Of a DNA stretch of 64,000 bases, positions 57,154 to 64,000 are shown piece after piece. Source of the stretch: Myxococcota bacterium (GTDB lineage Bacteria; Myxococcota_A; UBA796; CAJQPC01); contig DASCPX010000137.1 in NCBI GenBank assembly GCA_036012755.1, forward strand, positions 96,001 to 160,000, given 5' to 3'. A program made the translations under genes and the position numbers. Positions within the stretch are counted from its first letter, which is position 1. Each line of letters opens with the position of its first letter. A model generated the notes under the pieces. It had not been told where the DNA came from. It saw nothing but the letters and a program-made list of their open reading frames with translations, and made no database searches.

Positions 57154-57771
57154 GGTACCGCCGTCGTGCGGTCCCGTGCTGGAGATCAGCACGTCGTCCG
57201 CGCCAGGATAGTCGTTCCCGGACTCCGACGGGGTGCAGGTGCCCTCGCCGTCGATCTCGAAGCTGTCGTAGTCCGTGTCGGTTCCATCAGTCCAGCCGTC
57301 GATGAAGCTGGCGACCTGCGCGGCAGGAGCCGGGCAGTATTCTCCACCGCCTGACCCCGTGATCGTGATGCTGCCCGGGTTGATGCCGATGTGCTCCGCC
57401 TCCCACCGGATCCCGTCGGCGACCAGCACGTCCCCGGTCATCGTCTCCTTCGTGCAGAGCTGCACGCTGGCGCCGCTGAAGCCGTTCTTCTCGTGGGAGC
57501 CGGAGGTGGTGTCCGGGCTCAGGACCGTGGTCGCTCCGCTGAGCGGGCTGGATGACGCCTCCAGGTCGAAGTCCGCGATCTCCATGTCTCCAGAGGCCGT
57601 GTCACGGTACAGCACGTAGAGGGTCGGCCCAAACGCGATCGCGTCGTAGATGGTGGCGTTTGCCTCCACCAGGAGACTCGCCTGGGTGTTCTGGGCGTAG
57701 GGCCAGTAGTCCCGACCAAAGACGGGGAGGGCGAACGAGTCCTTGGCGAACGCGAGCAGCAGCAACAGCAT
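57154..57771 (-). pseudogene. Exported hypothetical protein, apparently truncated (no stop before running antisense into the neighbouring gene)
   Basis: First ~206 codons are protein-like (MLLLLLAFA...); the rest of the 525-aa ORF is antisense shadow of 56257-57153. Confidence 0.5.
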
Positions 57772-57905
57772 GCGACCTTCTGCCCCGACAGAACCGCACC
57801 CGCGAAAGAGCGAAGCTGCGTCCGAGCGTCCGCCCTGTCAGATCAGCATGCCGGACCGGCTCCGGTCCTCGAACCGGTAGCGGTCGAGCCCCCAAGATCC
57901 GAGCA

Positions 57906-58844
57906 TCACACCTTGATCTGCACGATCCTTCGGATGAGCAGGGCTCCGACTGCCTGCAGCGTCATCATCACCAGCAGCAGGCCCCAGCCGACCGCGGTGG
58001 TCCACATGCGGGAGATGAGCTCCGGGTCCATCGTCCAGAGCACGCCCCCGAGCACGAAGGGGAGGATGACGATGATGACGCCCTGTGCGACGCCCTGTGC
58101 GGTCAGCGACTTGATCTTGCCCTGCACCTTCTGGCGCTCGCGGATCGTGTAGGAGATCGTGTCGAAGGTCTCGGAGAGGTTTCCGCCGGACTGCCGCAGG
58201 ATGTTGATGGACGTCACCATGATCTGGACGTCCTCTGTGTCGATCCGCGACTCGAGGTTCAACAGCGCCTCCTCCATCGGCACACCGACGCGCTGCTCGT
58301 CCATCAGGAGCTTGAACTCCTGCGCCACGGGGTTCGGCAGCTCCTCGCGCACCATGTCCATGCACTGGACCAGGGAGAGCCCCGACTTGAGGCCGTTCGA
58401 CATGAAGGAGAGCGCGTCGAGGAGCTGGGTCTCGAAGCGCAGGATGCGGTTTTCCCACATCTTCTTGATGACGAAGCGGGGGAGGCTGTAGCCGCTCGGG
58501 AAGCCGAAGGGGCCGATCACCAGGACCAGGACGACCACCACCCGGATGATGTGGTACCAGCCCTCGAAGGGCAGCCCCGCCGTGACGAGGAAGCCCAGCC
58601 CGATGCTCGCCACGATGCTCACGACGATGAAGCCCACGCAGTAGCGCGCGGGCACCTCCATGAACATCTTGTCGAACATCTCCTGCATCCAGTCGACGTA
58701 GCCGCTGGTCTGGGTCAGGAAGCGTCGCTCCGCCCAGGGACCGAAGAACCAGCCCACCACCGCCCAGGCCCCGATGAAGGGGAGCAGGGCCCCCAGGCGG
58801 AAGGTCGTGAGCCCGTCGAGCCAGGGGGGGACGAAGTCCATCAT
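57906..58844 (-). CDS. tadB: TadB / type II secretion F-family platform protein
   Basis: FETQLLDAL...GLKSGLSL, EQRVG, QSGGNLSE, IKSLTAQG; ATGA overlap. Confidence 0.9.
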   Translation of the reverse strand: MMDFVPPWLDGLTTFRLGALLPFIGAWAVVGWFFGPWAERRFLTQTSGYVDWMQEMFDKMFMEVPARYCVGFIVVSIVASIGLGFLVTAGLPFEGWYHIIRVVVVLVLVIGPFGFPSGYSLPRFVIKKMWENRILRFETQLLDALSFMSNGLKSGLSLVQCMDMVREELPNPVAQEFKLLMDEQRVGVPMEEALLNLESRIDTEDVQIMVTSINILRQSGGNLSETFDTISYTIRERQKVQGKIKSLTAQGVAQGVIIVILPFVLGGVLWTMDPELISRMWTTAVGWGLLLVMMTLQAVGALLIRRIVQIKV

Positions 58845-61033
58845 CGGCGACCCCTCGGGACGACGCGGCCGCCGGTGCCGGGAGCGGAGAAGATGCCCTG
58901 GGGAAGGGCGATGCCACGGGCTTCGAGGTCCTTGACGAAGCGCGGCACGAAGCCGGTGGGCAGGAAGCGGCCCTGGACCTTGCCGTCCTCTCCGAGGGCG
59001 TCCTGCTTGAAGATGAAGATGTCCTGCAGGGTGATGACCTGGCCTTCCATGCCGGTGATCTCGCTGATCTGCGTGATCCGACGCGAGCCGTCCGAGAGCC
59101 TGGAGAGCTGGACGATGATCTGGATCGCAGAGGCCACCTGCTCGCGGATCGCCTTCGAGGGGAGCTCGAGGCCGGCGAACATGACGAGGGTCTCGAGCCG
59201 CGCGAGGCAGTCCCGCGGCGAGTTGCTGTGGATCGTCGTCAGGGAGCCGTCGTGGCCTGTGTTCATGGCCTGGAGCATGTCGACGGCCTCTGCCCCGCGG
59301 CACTCTCCGACGACGATGCGGTCTGGCCGCATGCGCAGGGTGTTCTTCACGAGGTCGCGGATGGCGACCTCTCCCTCTCCCTCGATGTTGGGTGGGCGGG
59401 TCTCCAGTCGCACGATGTGGGGCTGTTTGAGCTGCAGCTCGGCGCTGTCCTCGACGGTGACGATGCGCTCGTCAGAGGGGATGAACGAGGACATCACGTT
59501 CAAGAGCGTCGTCTTTCCCGAGCCGGTGCCGCCGGAGATGAGGATGTTGAGCCGGGCCTCGACGCAGGCTCTGAGGAAGTCGGCGATCTGGTCCGTCAGC
59601 GAGCCGAAGCCCACCAGATCCGCGACCGCGAAGGGGTCCCGCGAGAACTTGCGGATGGTGATGGAGGGGCCGTCGATGGCCAACGGCGGGATGATGGCGT
59701 TGACCCGGCTGCCGTCCTTGAGCCGAGCGTCCACCATCGGGGACTTCTCGTCGATGCGGCGTCCCAGCGGTGCCACGATGCGCTCGATGACGCCTAGGAG
59801 CTGAGCGTCGTCGGTGAAGCTCGCGCCGGTCTTCTGGAGCTTGCCTCCGATCTCGACGAAGACCTGGTCGCTGGCGTTGACCATGATCTCGGTGATGCGG
59901 TCGTCCTCGAGGAAGTCCTCGAGCGGACCGAGCCCAAGGGCCTCGTCGACCACCTCCTTGACGACGCGCTTGCGCTCTTTTCGATCCGTGACGTTGGCGC
60001 CGACCTCGTCCATGAGGCGCGAGACGGTCTCCGTCACCCGCTGGCGAAGGAGCTCGTCGTCAGCAGCGTCCATCTTCTTCAGATCGAGGACCTCGACCAT
60101 GCGCTTGTGCAGCAGCATCTTGGTGGCCGTGCGCGGGTCGATGTTCTTCGCATCCCTGGCCTTGCTCCCGCGCTTCTTCTGGAACTCCTCGAGCTCCTTC
60201 TGCTGGGCCTCTGTGAGCTTGCCGACCCGGCCGCTCGGGCCGAGGTTCGCCACGCCCTGGGGCCTCGCCACCGTCGCCAGCTGGTCGAAGAGGCGCATCT
60301 CGATGACCTTTCGGACGAACTCGTCGTAGACCCGCGCGAGCCGCGCCCGAGCGTTGTTCCACGAAAAGGGCTTGCCCTCCATCGCGGCTGGCTGGCAGGT
60401 CTCGGGCTCGTCGGGCACGCTGACCATGACCTTGCGGCCGAGGCTGCGGGCGACGAGATCGAGCGGGAGTCCGCCCTTCTGCGAGCGGTTCAGCACCACC
60501 TTCATCAGCTCCTTCGGGAACTGGAGGCGCTGGAGGAGCTCCAGGAAGCGGCGGGTGTGCTTCAGCACGGCGACGTCCGGGGTCGCGAGCACGAAGACCC
60601 CGGCTGCCTGTTCGAGGACCTTCACCGTGTGGTCGTTGATGCCGACCCCACAGTCCACGACGATGAAGTCGCAGAGCGGCGCGAACATGGCGAAGAGCTG
60701 CTTGACCGTGTCCGGGCTGACCTCGCCGACGCGGTCCGGGGAGGGGGCGATCGGCACGACGCCGATGCCTGCCGGGTGGGGCGAGATGTACTGGCGCAGC
60801 TGCTGCGGATCCATCTGCTCCACGTACGGCGCGAAGTCGCAGATGGACTTCGGTGGCTGGGCCTCCATGCCCAAGAGCGACACGCAGTCACCGCAGGACT
60901 CGACGTCGAGGTCGACGAGCAGGATGCGGCCGCGGGTCTCCTTGAGCAAGGAGAGCGCGAGGTTGACCGCGAAGGTCGACTTGCCGACGCCGTCTCGAGC
61001 CCCCGTGACGGCGACGACCTTCAGCCCGCTCAC
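58841..61033 (-). CDS. tadA: Fused CpaE/TadZ (MinD/ParA-like) and CpaF/TadA ATPase
   Basis: N-terminal GARDGVGKST, LVDLD, VVDCG; C-terminal GLGPLE, GGTGSGKTT, LRMRPDRIVVGECRG, MNTGHDG. Confidence 0.9.
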   Translation of the reverse strand: MSGLKVVAVTGARDGVGKSTFAVNLALSLLKETRGRILLVDLDVESCGDCVSLLGMEAQPPKSICDFAPYVEQMDPQQLRQYISPHPAGIGVVPIAPSPDRVGEVSPDTVKQLFAMFAPLCDFIVVDCGVGINDHTVKVLEQAAGVFVLATPDVAVLKHTRRFLELLQRLQFPKELMKVVLNRSQKGGLPLDLVARSLGRKVMVSVPDEPETCQPAAMEGKPFSWNNARARLARVYDEFVRKVIEMRLFDQLATVARPQGVANLGPSGRVGKLTEAQQKELEEFQKKRGSKARDAKNIDPRTATKMLLHKRMVEVLDLKKMDAADDELLRQRVTETVSRLMDEVGANVTDRKERKRVVKEVVDEALGLGPLEDFLEDDRITEIMVNASDQVFVEIGGKLQKTGASFTDDAQLLGVIERIVAPLGRRIDEKSPMVDARLKDGSRVNAIIPPLAIDGPSITIRKFSRDPFAVADLVGFGSLTDQIADFLRACVEARLNILISGGTGSGKTTLLNVMSSFIPSDERIVTVEDSAELQLKQPHIVRLETRPPNIEGEGEVAIRDLVKNTLRMRPDRIVVGECRGAEAVDMLQAMNTGHDGSLTTIHSNSPRDCLARLETLVMFAGLELPSKAIREQVASAIQIIVQLSRLSDGSRRITQISEITGMEGQVITLQDIFIFKQDALGEDGKVQGRFLPTGFVPRFVKDLEARGIALPQGIFSAPGTGGRVVPRGRR

Positions 61034-62460
61034 TGGCGGACCTCGTCGAGGTTGAACTGGTCCTTGATCTCGGTGTTCGCCGAGCTCGACGTCTCGTGGA
61101 TGCGCGGGGTCAGGAAGACGAGGAACTGGCTCTTCGACTTCTTGTACTCCTTGTTCCGGTACAGGGAGTAGATGCTGTTCTCTACGTCCTCTTCCGGGAC
61201 GCGGTTGTAGTCGATCGTGTCGCTCACACGCTGGAGACCACCGACGACGACGCTCTCTCCGGCGCGGGCGAACTCGCTGGTCTGGAGCTCGCTCTTGTTG
61301 ACCGCCTGGTAGCCGTTGGCGGCGACCTCGCCCAGCGCCGTGACCTCGACCTTGATGTCCATGTCGACGTCGTTGTCCTGGGCGTAGGGCGTGACGTCGA
61401 CGCGGATGCCGATGTCCTTGAACTCGACGGTGTTGTAGAGGCCCTGGCTGACCAGGTAGGGGTACTCGGCGCCGGCGAAGATGGTGGCGCTGTCACCGCT
61501 CTTCACGCTGATGGTGGGGTTCTCGAGGACTCGCGCGTAGCCGCTGGTCCGGGCCTGCTCGATGCGGGGCAGGAAGCTGGTGATGGTGGCGGTCGCGTAG
61601 CCGTAGGCCTCTGACCAGGCGCCGTTGTCGTAGTCGCGCTGGAAGAAGGCCTCTGGCCCCTGGACCGCCAGCGGTGTCCACTCGATCGCCCAGGTCGTCG
61701 TGAGCGACTTGGCGAGCTCGACGAAGTGCACGTTGATGACGATGGTCTTGGCGCGTCCGGGGATGCGCTCGACCTCGCGCAGGTCCAGCACGTTGACAGC
61801 GTCCGGGTAGAAGGCCCGCGCGATGGCGTCCGCCCGGGCGAGCTCTGCCTGGGAGTGCACGACGCCCTCGAGGATGATCATGTTGTTGACGAGGGTGGCC
61901 TCGACCCCAGGGCGGTCGATCTGCTGCTCGATGAGATCAGAGAGGAGGCGCTGGGCGACTGGGGAGAGCGTGACCATGGACTCCACGAGGGGCTCGGCCT
62001 GCGCGAGATCCTCGACCCGCTGCATCTCCTCGTCGATGCTGACCTCGCCCTGGATGTAGACGCGGTCGTTGACGATGCGGTACTTGAGCCCCTCGATGTC
62101 GGAGAGCAGGTCCTGCACGTTGCGCATGACCCGGCTCAGGTTCGCGGGGATGACGGTCACCTCGAACTGGTCGCGCAAGGTGCCCGCGGTGTCGTAGACG
62201 ATGACGCTGGTGGTGCCGGCGCGCCGGCCGGCGATGAGCAGCTGCCGCGACTCCCGCAGTGGCGCGACGCGGATGATCGTGTCGCTGGCGTAGGAGATGT
62301 TCCCGAACTCGTAGGGCACGTCCACGGCCACCTGGTCCTGGATGACCACGTAGACGTCGTCGATGAGATCGTCGTCGGCATAGCCGTCGTGGGGGCGGGC
62401 GAGTACCACGACCGCCAAGGCCGCGATCAGGAGCGCGAGCAGTGTCCGCAGGCGATTCAT
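61030..62460 (-). CDS. cpaC: CpaC/RcpA Tad secretin with BON-like domains
   Basis: GTTSVIVY N-domain; ARVLENP...SGDSATIFAGAEYP; EFKDIGIRVDVTP; LVFLTP. Confidence 0.85.
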   Translation of the reverse strand: MNRLRTLLALLIAALAVVVLARPHDGYADDDLIDDVYVVIQDQVAVDVPYEFGNISYASDTIIRVAPLRESRQLLIAGRRAGTTSVIVYDTAGTLRDQFEVTVIPANLSRVMRNVQDLLSDIEGLKYRIVNDRVYIQGEVSIDEEMQRVEDLAQAEPLVESMVTLSPVAQRLLSDLIEQQIDRPGVEATLVNNMIILEGVVHSQAELARADAIARAFYPDAVNVLDLREVERIPGRAKTIVINVHFVELAKSLTTTWAIEWTPLAVQGPEAFFQRDYDNGAWSEAYGYATATITSFLPRIEQARTSGYARVLENPTISVKSGDSATIFAGAEYPYLVSQGLYNTVEFKDIGIRVDVTPYAQDNDVDMDIKVEVTALGEVAANGYQAVNKSELQTSEFARAGESVVVGGLQRVSDTIDYNRVPEEDVENSIYSLYRNKEYKKSKSQFLVFLTPRIHETSSSANTEIKDQFNLDEVRQ

Positions 62461-63267
62461 CTAGAAGCCTCCGGCGCGGATGGTCTCCCACTTCGCGCGT
62501 TGGCGACGGCGGACCTGTTGCGGAATGCCGAGGGTGTTGTGGATGGTCGCGTGCTCGAGTTCCACCTTTGCTTCCTTCTCCCACAGGGAGTGCAGGCTGA
62601 GGGAGAGATCGCCGAGCTCCTGCGCCATGATGAGCTTCTGGGCCTCGTCCGGGTAGACGGCGAGGGTGACCGTGCGCCCGCCTCCGAGACCAGTGGGCTG
62701 GTAGGCGACCTCTTCGCCGTCGTTGACGATGACCGCCTGCGGCTGGCCGATGTCGTCCCCGACCGACAGCACCCAGATGTGCTGGAAGAGCGTGACCGTA
62801 CGCACGTCGGACTTGTCGGACTGGCCAAAGTCGAAGGTGCCGATGACGTCGACGTAGTTGCCCGGCTTGATGTGGCCGCCGACCGCGTTGAACTCGTCCA
62901 CGGCGATCGCGACCGCGCGCATCTTGGAGGGCACATAGAAGGCAAGGCCGGCCTCGTTCGGCCTGACGAGCTTGGTCGCGAGGATCTGCTCGCCCAGGGC
63001 GATCGGGTTCGACGAGATCTGGCCGAGGATCTCCTCGACGTCGGTGAGCGCCTTGGGCTGCTTCCACTCCCGCGGCACCTGGCGGATCTCGACCATCGTC
63101 TCGTCCAGGCGGGTGTTGGCCCTGATGTCCGTCGTGGCGATCAGCACTGGGAGGGGCTCGCTGCGGTAGAGCAGGTCCTGCTCTCGCTTCGTGACGTAGC
63201 GGCACTGGACCAGCGTCATCAACAGGGCTGTGACCAGCGCGGCGATGAAGGCCTTGGGGTTCTTCAC
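62461..63267 (-). CDS. cpaB: Flp pilus assembly protein CpaB/RcpC (SAF domain)
   Basis: VLIATTDI, MRAVAIAVD...VGGHIKPGNYVDV, VTLAVYPDEAQKL. Confidence 0.92.
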   Translation of the reverse strand: MKNPKAFIAALVTALLMTLVQCRYVTKREQDLLYRSEPLPVLIATTDIRANTRLDETMVEIRQVPREWKQPKALTDVEEILGQISSNPIALGEQILATKLVRPNEAGLAFYVPSKMRAVAIAVDEFNAVGGHIKPGNYVDVIGTFDFGQSDKSDVRTVTLFQHIWVLSVGDDIGQPQAVIVNDGEEVAYQPTGLGGGRTVTLAVYPDEAQKLIMAQELGDLSLSLHSLWEKEAKVELEHATIHNTLGIPQQVRRRQRAKWETIRAGGF

Positions 63268-63310
63268 GAGTCCTCTTATTCCGCGTCCGCGCGAGCCTAC
63301 CGTACTTCAG

Positions 63311-63502
63311 CTAGCGGACATCGCCTGAGCCGGTCGTCATGCCGTTCTGGAAGACATCACGCGACTCCTTGTCCATCGCGTCGAAGCCCTGCTGCAGCGG
63401 CCCGATGAAGACGTACGCAGTCGCACAAAGGGCCACGGCGATCACCGAGACGTAGAGCAGGTACTCGACCGTGGACTGGGCTTTTCGGCGTCTCAGAACC
63501 AT
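63311..63502 (-). CDS. flp: Flp/Fap pilin
   Basis: RRRKA/QSTVEYLL class III signal with EY motif, followed by a hydrophobic helix. Confidence 0.8.
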   Translation of the reverse strand: MVLRRRKAQSTVEYLLYVSVIAVALCATAYVFIGPLQQGFDAMDKESRDVFQNGMTTGSGDVR

Positions 63503-63993
63503 CGGAGCACCTCTGTGGTGTAGGTGAGGATGCAGGCTGCCACGATGACGGGCACGAAGGGAACCGTCGTGAGCTCGGGCTCGGCGACGTCCATGCCCAC
63601 CGCGCGGGAGACGCCGGCCTTGATCGCCGGCACCAGGTTGCCGAGGCGGCCCTTGACGGCGAGGACGACGAGCCCGAAGGGCAGGGCCAGGATGTAGGTG
63701 AAGAGGCAGGCGCGCAGGGCGTCCGAGGGTCCCCAGAAGGCCCCGATCGCCATGAGCAGCTTGGCGTCACCCGCCCGCACGGTGCGCCCCGCGAGCCAGG
63801 CTGGCACCATCAACCCCAACGCGATGCCGACGCCGGCGAGGCCGGACCAGCCTCCGTGGGTGGCCAGCTGCCAGGTCAGGCCCAGCGCGATGCCCCCGAA
63901 GGTCAACAGGTTCGGCACGCGCTGGCGGGTGAGATCGGTCCCCAGCGCCACCAGCACCAGCGCGAGGACCGCGAGATCGGGGACGAACTCCAT
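63493..63993 (-). CDS. cpaA: A24-family prepilin peptidase CpaA/TadV
   Basis: TDL...RVPN, AGDAKLL, VPFVP. Confidence 0.88.
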   Translation of the reverse strand: MEFVPDLAVLALVLVALGTDLTRQRVPNLLTFGGIALGLTWQLATHGGWSGLAGVGIALGLMVPAWLAGRTVRAGDAKLLMAIGAFWGPSDALRACLFTYILALPFGLVVLAVKGRLGNLVPAIKAGVSRAVGMDVAEPELTTVPFVPVIVAACILTYTTEVLRWF

Positions 63994-64000
63994 CAGGGGT

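Overview
GC-rich, gene-dense bacterial chromosomal window. The gene content points to a Myxococcota/Deltaproteobacteria-like organism (inference from AgmX-type, zinc-ribbon/GYF, DUF4388, DUF4423 and MYXO-CTERM-like proteins and many lipoproteins). About 55 CDS; no rRNA, tRNA, CRISPR array or transposase recognised. Housekeeping genes (aroC, typA, glmU, pcrA/uvrD) are mixed with many exported proteins, a VapBC-type toxin-antitoxin pair and a Tad/Flp pilus locus at the right end. Main hunt results: (1) a hidden selenoprotein at 32791-34638(-), split in two by the ORF track, in which an exported beta-propeller/Ig-like protein is fused to a TlpA-type redoxin with U-x-x-C and an E. coli-style SECIS hairpin 11 nt after the UGA; (2) a radical SAM/SPASM enzyme of possible splicease type next to a small lipoprotein with an LYG motif, at the end of an ApbE/DUF3570/DUF4266/TlpA flavinylation cluster that also encodes a heme-bearing Ig-repeat lipoprotein; (3) a thioredoxin-octaheme cytochrome fusion; (4) a Clp-type AAA+ ATPase fused to a GGQ-less release-factor-like region; (5) a window-wide TANNNT-N6/7-start-codon signature of leaderless transcription; (6) a duplicated operator-like motif beside a DUF4423 regulator that points to an unannotated 20-aa ORF. 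Domain names were recognised from motifs by eye, not by database search.
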